Assembly: GCA_030295235.1 (NCBI GenBank)
Contig: AP026129.1
Span: 1,116,001 to 1,180,000 of the forward strand
Length of the DNA stretch: 64,000 nt
Source: Fistulifera solaris
Taxonomy: Eukaryota
Direction of reading: 5' to 3'
How positions within the stretch are numbered: the first letter of the stretch is position 1; each line of letters starts with the position of its first letter. The translations under genes were made by a program, and so were the position numbers. This document shows positions 34,773-46,544 of the stretch, piece by piece. The notes under the pieces are model-generated. The model was not told the origin of the DNA and ran no database searches. It saw only the letters and a program-made list of their open reading frames with translations.

Positions 34773-36758
34773 TTACATCCAAGTCATTGATAGTAGAAGC
34801 ACCAAACAACTCGAGATCGCACCAGACTGCAAATAGCTGCTACCCGATCCTTGCGTTGGCGCTGATCCTTCTGTGGGGGCCGGCGCTACTCCCTCCGTGG
34901 GGGCTTCGTCGGTGGGAGCAGCAACCGGTGATTCCGCGTCACCTGCTCTGACAGGTGTGGCCATTTTCTCTCCCATGGCGGTCAAGAATGCACTCCACGA
35001 ACGATAATCCGCATTCAAGTTGTAAGCATCACTTTCCCATTCGGTGAAGCCATGATCGACACCGGACCATCGACTGATTTCCCATTCGGCTGTACCATTG
35101 TTGAGCATCATTTCCACAAGGGTTTGATTGCCGTGTTGACCATCATTACCACCCGACAAAATCATGGTGTACGGAACAATAGGTCCTTCAATGGCAGGCA
35201 AGAAGGCTTCTTCAAAGTTGCCGTGGAAGGCACCGACCACTTTCACTCCATCCATACCCATGAACGCATATTGAACCACACCGGTTCCACCAAAGCAGTA
35301 ACCCATCATGGCAACGTTTTCCGAGTCAACAAAGTCGTACGACTTCACGAGATCGATCGCAGTTTGCATACGGGACACAAACAAGGAAACATTGTTGGCA
35401 CGATACAGCGACGATTGCTCAATGCGAACATCTTGGGACAAATCATTTTGCAAATCCGCGCCATAGATGTCGGCAGCAAAGGCTACGTAACCGAGTTCGG
35501 ACAACAACTTAGCCCGTTCTTGCTCGTAGGTGTTGACCTAAACAATCGATAAGAAATTTAGCTGGTGTCAGGAGAGTCTTGCGCAGAAAAAATAGAATGT
35601 TCAATCAGGGTACTTACACCATCCCAGTTACTGAAAATGAACACGATAAAGAAAAATTTGGAAAAACATTGAGAGCCATCCTTTTCAACCCACTTCGAGC
35701 TGCTGCAAATACTTACGGAATAATGATAACGGCAGGAGATGGAGTGACATACATACTTGCATTCGGCTGGGCCAAGTATCCTCGCAAAGCTTTTCCATCC
35801 GTGGCGTCCGTGTAGTCCACCGCTTCCACTCCATCCACTCCCATGGGAGAGTATTCAAACGACGTTTCATTGAAGACTTCCTGCAAGAACTCCACCATGC
35901 TTTCCCAAGAGCGAATATCGGCCCATTCGTTGTAGGCATCACCTCCCCAGACCGTCCAGGCGTGCTCAATCCCCCAGTAGCGTGTGATTTCCCACAAGTT
36001 AGTGGAATTATCGAGAGTCATCTCTAGAGTTTGAATATCACTGGAAGCATCATCGTTGCCACCACTTAAGACGAGAATCTCTGGTTTGATCATGTCACCA
36101 CCTTCCATGGTGGATGACACGTTGCGATGATCAAAGACGTGGGGTCCCAAACCTCCGTGGAACGAAACTACGGCAGCGACATTGTCATTAATCGCGCTAT
36201 CATCGATAGCGAACATCAAAACACCCGAACCACCAAAGCAGTATCCAACCAACGCGATTTTAGAGCTATCAATTTCCGGCATGGCGGCCACTTGGTCAAC
36301 GGCAGCAGCGATACGCTGCAAAAAACAAGTCGGGGTTTTCGTTGCGATAAGTTCCTGCTAGAGTGCCACGCATGTCATCCGGGACACCTGTCTCGCATTC
36401 GGCACCGTAAATGTCGGCAGCAAAGCTGGCCCATCCAAGCTCTTGGGCAATCATAGTCGCTCGAAGTTTTTCATAATCATCGACGTTGTTCCAGTCTCTG
36501 TACGTTTATGGAAAACGATAAGTCATCTTCGTAATAAATAATTTCTTGAAAAGGAAAAACAAATACTTACGGGATGATGACAATAGCAGGAACCGGAGAT
36601 TCGGCAGATGCACCCTCGGGCATGGACAGGAAACCAACCAACGCTGCTCCATCGGCATCGGCATACTCCATGCGCTCGACCAGCGCTTCCGCGGGCGGGC
36701 CGTTTTGAGCGACGATCGTCGGAATAAAAGTGAATAAAAGAGAGGCAACAAATTTCAT
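34773..36758 (-). CDS. Secreted, probably GPI-anchored, tandem two-domain dienelactone hydrolase family protein; exons 36758-36571, 36497-35717, 35630-35618 (13 nt), 35537-34773; frameshift at 36320-36325
   Basis: Signal peptide MKFVASLLFTFIPTIVA. Two copies of PA..IIP.W, FAADIYG, nucleophile GYCFGG, FHG, LSGGND and H(A/G)(W/F)T. An APTEG linker and a hydrophobic C-terminus follow. All introns are GTAAGT...YAG. Confidence 0.88.
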
Positions 36759-37392
36759 GGTTGCAATGTATTCACTTTGCCAGACTTGTCCAACAATGAT
36801 ATAATGTTGATGAATGAAAATAAACATGAAGGGTCGTGATTTTCGAATAATGACGTGGATTGGAGGAGACTTCTCCGCCACCTCTTCGCCGCCTTTCTTC
36901 AGAAATATGCACTCAACGCACTATAGTAAAGAGGTTTTTACGTGTTGTACTTTGAATCTTACGTCACCTTACAAAATAGTTTTCTCAAAATGATGCACGA
37001 TTGGCCAACGTCACGCACGATTCACGATCCTCAAATCCAAACCCCGAGCGCTAGCTTTCCGTCCTATGGAGCAACTATTTCTAACGTTTACTCCGTATCG
37101 TGCATCTTAATAGAATCATATCCAACGAGATAGGCAGTCAAAGTAACTTTTTTATGTGCTCCGAATTGTAAGTATGAAGCAGTTCGTTAGTTGAGCGACA
37201 AAGAAACTAAGGACTGAAATCCAATCAAATCTGAGAAACACTTTATTAACCGGATTGAAGCTAAGGTACGAGCGAGTGAAGGCAAGAAATGCAGCTCCGG
37301 TATTTTTCCTCGTATGTGAATCGGTTATGATGAAATGACGATCCCCTTTCTACGTTCGATTTGAAGCGTTACGAAAGATGGTGTCTTCCTCT

Positions 37393-39444
37393 TTAAAATA
37401 CTAATTCAATTGGAAAAGGCCGTTTCGCCAACATCTCAATACCGTCCGTGGTAGAAAGCAATTCGAGGTAATCATTGGGCCCTACGTTGACACCTCGACC
37501 TTCCTCAATGTACGCAGAAAGCACAATGAATTTCTCTGCCGCAATGTCACGAGCTTGCGTCTTCTCTTGTGTATCATAAGTTCGAGCTTTTAGATAGTAC
37601 ACAAACGCCAGCTGTCGCGTGTCTTCGCACATGCGGAACAGTTCTTCACTTTGATCCAGCGCCTTCAACGCTGCATTTTGCTTCTTTAATTTCAAAAGAG
37701 CTTGCGCCATGGTCAAATAGGCATCCCCTTGTAGCCACACATGTGCTGACTGAAGCAGATTTGACATGACCGAACGAAGAAGAGTCACAGCCTGGTTGGC
37801 ATCGCCCATCATGAAATGAATCTTGGCAAGAACAGCGAGCGCCGACGAGTGCAAGCCTTGCATGGCGTGTTGCCGGGAGATAGTTAAACACTCTTCTAGC
37901 GGTTTTAGTGCTTCTGAAAATCCCCGAGAATGCGAGTCAACGGTGTGCATTGCAATTTGTAGCAAAAGCTCCGCTTGCTTGGTTGGTTCCGTTTTGCTCA
38001 CTAATGCTTTTAGATTCCGAATCGCTTCGTCCCAACGGCCTCGACGGGCCAACAAAAGACATCTTTGCTGTTCCAAATCCATTGTCATTTCGTTCTTCGC
38101 GTAGATTTGACCTTGCAGTGAAGTAAGCAGTGTTTCCGCATGTGAAAGTTCTCCTCTCATAATCGACCATTCCAGAGCAATGAGTCCCACATCCACCACA
38201 TAGTTCCTTGCAGAGAGAGTTATGTTGTAGGCTTTTTGCAAGGATATAATAGTCTCCAAAGCTTTTCCGTAGATACACGGCCTAGGCTGCGAGTCATCTT
38301 TTGCAAGTAATCCCTGTGAAGTGTTGGTCGACTTCCATGCTCCCGATCCAAACATGGTGGTACGAGCCAGGTTCTGTACCAAAATTTGGGCATCCTCGTC
38401 ACTGATATCCTCGCGGTGACATTGAAGAGCCGACAGCGAGGCTACTCTGGAGAGGTCATTGGAGCCAAATGTATCATGGATCGCCGCTGCGACCATTTTT
38501 TGTCGTGCGAGAATGTGTCGACAATCGGTGGCAGAATCGGTCAAACGAGTCGGCTGATAGTCTCCTGATTCTTCTGTTGGAGGTTCCGATGAAGCCCGGA
38601 TCCAATACGACCATGCGTCTTCCGGTGGATGGGATTGGAGTGCTTGCAGCGCCAGGGAGAGGTTCGCCCCCGCAGCCAATGTAGGAAGATGGGCCTCGGA
38701 GGCACGCGCCACGCATCGTTCCATCAATTTTGTTCCCTTTGATGGAGCGACCTTGGAAAGCCATCCGAGCGCGAACGCCACACACGACCCATCCTGACTC
38801 TGTTGCGCGACTCGGACCGCTTCCTCTGTCGCTTGTCGAACCAAGGCGGGGTCGGTCGGATGATGCATTGCGGCCAACACGATGGAACAAAACGGCAATA
38901 TATCCTCCGATTGTTGTTGTACCATGTACTGATGCAGTGCATGCACCGCATCGACGCGTTCCCCCTCGCGGAGGCATTGTTGAAATCGCATCATGTGTTT
39001 CGCGGAATCCTCGGTAGAGAACTCCTTGTTCCACACGTCGTTGTGCGGTTCATCACAAACTTCTTTTCGAAAATCTTCAAACAAAGCCGCCTGCTCATGA
39101 AATTCCAATTCCTCGAGTCCTTCACAAACCGACCGCAACAACAATCCGTTCGCACTGTAGGCATCGACGGTCCCCATTTGAATTGATTGTTGAATCGTCT
39201 GCATCAAATCAAAGAACGCATCGATCGAACTGGCGGCAATTTCGAGCCATTTCTGAAACTGCGGTGGTACGGCTTGTAGTAATTGTGGAATCCTGTCGTT
39301 GGGACGCTGCTGTAAGACCCTATCTTGCAGAACAGCGTCGAGGGTGGTCGCATCGCTCGAGTCGTCGAGTGGCGATTCTTCTTCGCAATGCAGTGATATC
39401 AATGCCGCGAGTGCTATTAAATACGGAGTAGGACGGGTTGTCAT
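37393..39444 (-). CDS. APC5: Anaphase-promoting complex subunit 5 (TPR-containing)
   Basis: N-terminal TPY.IAL, then DAVHALHQY and EEAVRVAQQSQDGSCVAFALGWL, which match the Apc5 conserved block. TPR-like helices in the C-terminal half. Confidence 0.8.
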   Translation of the reverse strand: MTTRPTPYLIALAALISLHCEEESPLDDSSDATTLDAVLQDRVLQQRPNDRIPQLLQAVPPQFQKWLEIAASSIDAFFDLMQTIQQSIQMGTVDAYSANGLLLRSVCEGLEELEFHEQAALFEDFRKEVCDEPHNDVWNKEFSTEDSAKHMMRFQQCLREGERVDAVHALHQYMVQQQSEDILPFCSIVLAAMHHPTDPALVRQATEEAVRVAQQSQDGSCVAFALGWLSKVAPSKGTKLMERCVARASEAHLPTLAAGANLSLALQALQSHPPEDAWSYWIRASSEPPTEESGDYQPTRLTDSATDCRHILARQKMVAAAIHDTFGSNDLSRVASLSALQCHREDISDEDAQILVQNLARTTMFGSGAWKSTNTSQGLLAKDDSQPRPCIYGKALETIISLQKAYNITLSARNYVVDVGLIALEWSIMRGELSHAETLLTSLQGQIYAKNEMTMDLEQQRCLLLARRGRWDEAIRNLKALVSKTEPTKQAELLLQIAMHTVDSHSRGFSEALKPLEECLTISRQHAMQGLHSSALAVLAKIHFMMGDANQAVTLLRSVMSNLLQSAHVWLQGDAYLTMAQALLKLKKQNAALKALDQSEELFRMCEDTRQLAFVYYLKARTYDTQEKTQARDIAAEKFIVLSAYIEEGRGVNVGPNDYLELLSTTDGIEMLAKRPFPIELVF

Positions 39445-40056
39445 ACTTTATAGTAAATAGGGGAAATGAAAAGACACTGTTTGTTGAATCGCAAATGCAA
39501 TAGGCTCTATTCTGGCTGTTTCTTTTCATTTGCAATAATAAAAAATGCTGCGGAACAAACGTGACTCACCTCCAGTCGCAGAAAAAGGTCGCCTACACAT
39601 TACGGGCATACAGTACGGCAGAAGAACGATCTGGATGCTTTTGCGCCGTCAGGTGTGGCCATTGCTCAGTTCATCAATTCTTTCAAAAGATGTGTAACTA
39701 AAGAATCTGAGAAACCTTTGCCGCAAAGGATGATATGGCCTTGGTTGATGCAATAGAAAAAAGCGGTTAAAGACTCATGACTGAAATTCAGTCGTGAAAA
39801 TGCTGATGCGACACTAAAACCTACCAGTATTGTACGTACAAAGTAGTAGCCATTATTTGGATTACTTCAACGGCGCAGCGGAAAATAAAGAGGGCGAGGA
39901 CAATGGAGCGATGAGAATCATTTTGCAAATGTATTATATTTCGAAGCAATGCGCCTTCGTTACAAAGCATTAAAAGATTTGCCACGTTACGGTAATATTG
40001 ATTGAAAAGCGGCGCGAAAAGGGAGATTGGGTATAGTTAAAAGCCCACAAAATACA

Positions 40057-40864
40057 ATGTCAGCGACGGATCACGCGAACGATCGTCAATGGATGGAACG
40101 TTACGAACGTTTGCTGGCCTTTCAAAAGGAACAAGGTCATTGCAACTTCCCCAATACGTATCCACCAGATCCGCAATTAGCAAAATGGGTCAAGAAACAA
40201 CGTTACAATGAGAATGCCGGAAAATTGCGCGGCGATCGAAAGCAGTTGCTCGAAACGATCGGTTTTGCGTGGAGTAAAGTCAACAACGCCACCTTTGATG
40301 AGCAATGGATGGAGGCGTATCAGCAATTGGTAGCCTATAAGGACAATTACGGACATACACGAGTGACGGCCGTCGGAGTGAATCATCAAGATCATAACGA
40401 AAAAAAACTGGCCGCTTGGGTCCACAATCAACGCGCGCTGCAACGTTCGGGGGGAGTTGCGAAGCGATCGAAAACTGCTATTAGATAAAATTGGCTTTAT
40501 ATGGCGAACCGGAAAATTGACAAGACTGGCACCCTCGGCGGCGGCCATCTTGAATCAGAGATGGATGGATCGTTACGACGAAATGGTCGCCTTTCAAAAA
40601 GAAACAGGACATTGTCGCGTACCGTTCACCTATCCAGAAAATCCGCAACTGGCCATTTGGGTTCTCAATCAACGAAAATTTCAAAAGGCGGGTCAATTGC
40701 GAAAAGATCGATACGATTTACTGAATCGAATCGGATTTGTTTGGAGGACGTTGAAAAACGATGGAAAGAAATTTGAGGTGGAGGAAGAGGAGAAAATGGA
40801 AGAGGCCTTGTTCACGAAGGAGGACAAAAAAGACGAGGCGGAGACCGTGTACGCAGAGGTGTAA
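40057..40864 (+). CDS. Helicase-associated (HA) domain protein, three repeats; frameshift at G6 40449-40454
   Basis: Three units of W...Y..L.A(F/Y)....GH........LA.WV..QR......L..DR..LL..IGF.W. Confidence 0.9.
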
Positions 40865-40944
40865 AGTCATGTCTTCATCAGTTGCATCATCAGTGCATCT
40901 AAAGTGTATGTGAAACAATGTATAAAACCTCAAGGATTACCTTT

Positions 40945-42005
40945 CTACACCACCGCATCCTCTTCGGCGTACATTTCAATCCATTCTTGACTACTGAATC
41001 CCAACGCGAGTCCGTAGGCGTCTCTTTCTGAGGAGGTCAACAACAAGGGCTGCACGACCCGACAAAAGGGACACAACAAGAAACTGGCATCCCCGACACA
41101 ATGAATGATTCCTTCACAGCACACACATTCCTGTGTCGCAATATCTTTTCCGCCTTGAATGTAATGAATGGTTTCCTGCTTGCGTCCGCGGAGTAGTAGT
41201 GAATGACCGGGTTCGATTTCGAACATCATGTTATCGTCGGTGGTAGTTTCCGAGAAGTCCACGGGAGGTGGTGACTTGACGGCAGGCAACTTTTGATCCG
41301 ATTCTTGAAACACGAGCGGAGGAGGTTTCAATGCGACTGTAGGAGCAGGCGACTCGATCATGAACGACGAGCACGAAGCACTGTTATTCTGACTGCTTTC
41401 GAAGTTCTGACTGTTATCAAAGGTGACACTGGCGCGTCGTTTCGGGGAGACCAGAGTCCTTTCCTTGGGAGGTACCCAGAGCGGTGTCTGCAACGGTGGT
41501 AGATCGGGAATGCGGTCCAACGTGGTGTTGCCTTTTTGAAGACGGGAGCCGTTTCCTTTGGTCGACGCGAGACACGTCTGTTGTCAGCAATACCCGAATC
41601 CCCACTCAAATCACTGCAAGGAGGAGTCATTCGATCGATCGGACCACACTGCTCACTCGCTTGCAAACGATCGAGTGCTTTCGAAGATAGATTTTTCGTG
41701 AGAGGGCGCTGCTCGAACAGGGAAGCCTTATTTGTTGTCATAGGACCCGTTGATTTTCGTCGACCAAACATTTTCGAAAGCATTCCTTTTTGTTCTCTCT
41801 TGTTTCGTTCGCAGACGTTCCGGGCACCGCCGGAGAAACCAGTCGGAGGTCGTTGTAACTGTTCAGCAACGGCGACGACGCGGAAAAAGACTTGGCTGGA
41901 GGACGACGGAGAGAGCGGAAGACTCGTCATGCTGCCGTGAGTCGGTTCCTCGTCTTTGTAGAAATGCTCACTCGAAAGAGGCGGATAGAAGTGTTTGCTT
42001 TTCAT
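40945..42005 (-). CDS. Hypothetical protein with C-terminal CxxC...CxxC zinc-ribbon-like motif (frameshift near 41533)
   Basis: EIEPGHSLLLRG..ET...ECVCCEGIIHCVGDASFLLCPFCRVVQP. ORFs 41358-42005 and 40945-41520 join with one added A (FKKGNTTLDRIP). Confidence 0.6.
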
Positions 42006-43173
42006 GTTTGCTTGTCGTCCGTCGTGATAGTAGTTTTTATGTCCTCATATGACTTTGTATCAAATGAATGAGAAAGCTATCTTTTCATGAAGCAAGACAC
42101 ATCATCATCTATCTGTGCCCGGACAACAAAATCGGTATTCGCGTGGGTTGCAATGCTTCTTGACGCTGGTTGTGGAACTGTGGAAAATCCAGGAACACGG
42201 CGTTTTTAACAACTGTGATGCACCTTGCGGCGGTCCATTTGGACGTTGCTGCTCTTTGACCTAGAGTACACAGGTGGCGGGACACGGTAAGCTTAACATC
42301 AATCACAGTTCTGCGTGTCCAAGTCAATCGTGGACCGCATTCAAAATGCCTTTACTATCTAACAAAATGTACCTGAGTTCGACAATGCTCATCCGTTACT
42401 GTTTCTTGTTCTGCATAAGTACAAAGTACGTAGGCAAAATAATATGAAATGAAGAGATGAATAATGGTGCGACAAGATCTATCAAGATTGCGACAGATCC
42501 TCGGACCTTTGATGTTTGATGTTGACGGCTCATCCATGAGTGGCTCATCGTCCAAACAAGCCAAAGCTACATCCAATATTTTTGTTATGAGTCTGCTCTG
42601 GATTGGACCGGCGACCTAACCAAGATCTAGTCAAAAATAGAGAATAGAGAAAAGGGTTGTAAGGAAAGGTTGCTGGTGTTCGACACTCTAGAAGAGAAAT
42701 ACTAACTTGAAAAATAGCTAGGGTATTTGCTCAATTCGTGGTTGTGCCTGCCCACCGAATGAGGTAGACGAGTGATTTCAGCCATCATCTTCGAAAATGC
42801 TCCCTAAAAATGAAGGGCTGTGATATTCCGTTGGTGCCATCAGAGCTGTCGAGGCGGCAACTCGTATAACTTAACATACAAATCGAAAAGGTAAGCTTTG
42901 GTTTCAGCGCGCGGTTAACTTATTGTAAGTGACCTTCGCAAACCTGGAATCCTATTTTACTATATCCCCAAAGTGTCGGATCTATTTCACCACGACTGAA
43001 TTTTAGTTTAGTCATGAACGGCTTGTCGTCCGCCGAAAAATTGTCGGGATGTGATGTCCCTTTGCCGTCGACGAGGCGATGATTGCATTATGGATAGCAA
43101 ACTACAGCTAGTTCCGTCAACTCTCATTGTATTATCTTTATATCTTTAGGAGGAAACGAAAGGTGAAAAGATC

Positions 43174-46100
43174 ATGGCCACAGATGAATGGACGTTTCGT
43201 ATTCGTTTCTTGTCGCCCGTCGATGGGCAGCAACTCATTGAGCTGCGTCAAGCGCGTCCGTCGAAAGATAGCGATCATCCTAAATCCCATTCAACTTGTA
43301 ACGACGATGAACGGGCGTCTCTGTTGCTACAAAACAGTACAACAGTGTCTTCTACTGGATGGATGCTCACCAGTCCGTTTTGGAGTATCCAGTCATCAAT
43401 CTTGCTTTCGCTCACTTATTTCCCCGCATGGCAAGCTTTGCCAGAATACACTACACACGTGTGCTCTAGCTGTTGCTGCTGTCACGTAGAAAGCTGTTGT
43501 GGAATAAAAAAAGACTTGTTTACGGAATATTTCACTGTCGAGGACGTGGTGAGAGTGCAAATGGTGGAGGCCCGTCAAATACGAGGAGTTGGAATTTGTC
43601 GTGCGATCCAACTGCATCTTCGACCTTTGCTGTACGATGCTTCCTCGAATCCTATTCCTCCGCAATTTCAGTCCGCGTGGGAGACTCATCTGGAGCACAT
43701 GGAACACAATCAAAGCGAACTCTCGGAACAACAATCGAATGACTACTCATCGAACGATAGCAACAACACGGGGCCAATTCTGACATTTTGCTTATCGTCA
43801 ACACAAACGGACCCACCATTGCTGTGGAAAGTGGAAATCCCCGCGCTCAAAACTGCCATTGCGATGGAAACGATTACACTACTGGAGGGGGAAACTGCAT
43901 GCAGCTGGCAGCGGCTATTTTCCCACGCACACGTACGTCAATGGGTTTCAATCTTGGACCTTTTCCGGATCAATTCCACGTGGGGCACCCCAACCCCAGT
44001 CTGCCATGCCCGATCGAGTGAGCCGTGCGTTCAATGCGGGTGGCGCTCCTCCCCCGACCGATGCTACATTACTGGCGTCGAGTCCACGACCTTACGTGCC
44101 TAATGACGATTTTGTTCCCACCTATACATCCGATTTCTTTACCTGCATCTCGTCCGATGGTGAGACGACGGAACAAATGTATCCGCCGCTGGACGAAACA
44201 GGAGGTCCGGCGTGTGTCATGGGTTGGTTGTCTCAGCGTCAGCAGTTTGGAATTATTACCGCTGATAGTAATCTGGAACGGTTGCAAATGCACGCTTCGT
44301 GTCAAGGGCAGATCCTGTTGCCAAATGGACGTATTGTTACGGATTGGGCCTACGTGCAACTGACTACTCCACATTCCTATGACGAAGAACCGATGGTCTA
44401 CTTCTTGCACGCTGTAGCTGCCTACAATGAGGCACGTCCTATGGCCAATTTGTTGACGGGATGGTGCAGCTGGTATGTCTTTTATCAGAATATATCGGAA
44501 ACTATTTTACGAGAGAACTTTGTTACTTTAAAAGAAATGAGGACGCATGTTCCAACGAATGTAGCAGTTGTCGATGACGGTTACATGACAGCGTGGGGTG
44601 ATTGGGACTCATGCAAACCGGGACAATTCCCGTCCAGTCTGGGTGTCGTGGCGGATGATATTCGGAAGAATCAAATGCGCCCCGGTTTATGGCTTGCTCC
44701 GTTTGCAGCGGACAAGCATTCTCTTTGACGAAAGGGCATCCCGAGTGGATCATACGAAACAATATTGGATTACCTGCGAACTCCTCCAACTGCGGCAAGT
44801 TTTTCTATGGTCTTGACGCAACCAATCCAGCAGTGAGACGGCATGTGCATGATGCTATCGAGCGAGCAGTAAAGCAATGGGGTTATTCTGTATTGAAGAT
44901 CGACTTTTTGTATGCTGCTTGTTTGGAAGGGAGTGGTAAATATGATTTGTCCATGAGTCGAGCCCAGGCCATGCACGTTGCGATGCAGACTATTCGAAAA
45001 GCGGCAGGCTCAACTACTTTTTTGATTGGTTGTGGTTGCCCTGTCGCCAGTGGAATTGGAATCGTGGATGCGATGCGAGTTTCGGCTGATACGGGGCCTG
45101 CGTGGTAAGTCTGCGCCAATCGCTGAATAAGATGCGTTATCTATTTCTAATCAACAAATAATTTTGTTAGGTATCCTCAATTCCCTTTTCCTTGGTGGGA
45201 TCATGGAACACTGCCTTCACTGAAAGCGATGATACGTAACTCGATAACTCGCGCTCCACTTGGACACCGTTGGTGGCACAACGACCCTGACTGTTTAATG
45301 CTGGGAAATCACACGAGTTTAACAGACATTGAAGTAGCAAGTGCTGCGTCGATTGTTGCAATGACCTGCGGGATGTTACTTTTGTCTGACGATCTTCCAA
45401 AAGTTAGTCCCAAGCGAATGAATATTTTGTCCAAAATCTTCCCCTTGACCGGAATTCCAGCAGTTGTTCTGGTAAGTCAGATCACTGTTACAGGTTAGTA
45501 ACGATCGCATATTCATAACTGAAATCCCATCCTCTCTTTAGGATTTACATTCAACCAAGGATGGAATACCACGACTTCTTCGATTATGGGCGACGGATAA
45601 ATTCGATATGCTGGATAGTTTTCGAAGCTCGATGTCGTTAGACGAAGAATTCGATCATAACGCGGAAGCTACGTACTTTGCCAGGCAAGCATCCTTTAAT
45701 CCTGATCGAGAATCGGTGGCTTTAAATGAAAGAAATAGAACTTGTATTCACGTCACGAAAGGCTTAGGAACATGGACAATTGTTTCGATCAGTAACTGGA
45801 CAGACAGTCCAGTTGTTTCTTGCATTCCTCCTGCTGCTTTACTTCCTTTAGGAGGTTCTTTAGAAGATAATGAAGAGGCATCTACTGATTCCTTTAGTTC
45901 TGCAAAGGCTAATGAGCCCGGTAGACACGGATATCACACTTTAGCGTTCTGGTCTTGCAAGTACAACTGGATACCAGATCACAGAAAAAATCCCGAGCAA
46001 ACGATCAGCAGACGACTGAATGCCCATGAAACTGAGATCTATCATATAAAGCCCGTGACACCAGAAAAACCCCAATATATTGGAGGCAATCTTCATTTTT

Positions 46101-46399
46101 CGTGTGGAAAAGAAGTACGATCTTTCTACGTAAATTTTAATAACAACAGAGCGAGGATTTGTCTGGAAACGAACTACTATAGGAATGGATCAATCCTATT
46201 GTACATTCCGCGGACCACTCTCGACAAGCTGCAAGTTACTGTGACGGGGAAACCGGAGGGTCAGTGGAGTGCTGTTGGTAATATCCCCCGCATAAGTGAC
46301 AATGGAAGCCATCAGTTGGCTGGTCGCGTCGTGCAAATTCCTATTGAGATCTTCGCTGATAAGCGTTCACACGACGGTGAGATTGAAATTGAGTACTAA
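43174..46399 (+). CDS. Glycoside hydrolase family 36 alpha-galactosidase-like; introns 45105-45170 and 45472-45541; frameshifts near 43920 and 44724
   Basis: TGWCSWY.FY, VVDDGY...WGDW, MRPGLWLAPF, HPEWII, LDATNP, nucleophile LKIDFLYAA, FLIGCGCP, acid/base MRVSADTGP, WWHNDPDCL, LLLSDDL. Both splice junctions keep the frame. Confidence 0.88.
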
Positions 46400-46544
46400 T
46401 AAAAGTAAATCACTTCGAACTCAAGCTAAGTAGTCGCACAACCCTGACACTAGCCAAAATGATCAGTCGTTTTACCCAATTGCACGTTGATTTGCGACAA
46501 TAAAAAGATTGATTATAAAAATTTAATAAGGGAATCGCGGCTCA

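Noticed and set aside
18464..46399. A carbohydrate-utilisation gene cluster (GH5, GH1, GH36)
   Set aside because: The genes are 10 kb or more apart, separated by unrelated housekeeping genes, and show no shared organisation.
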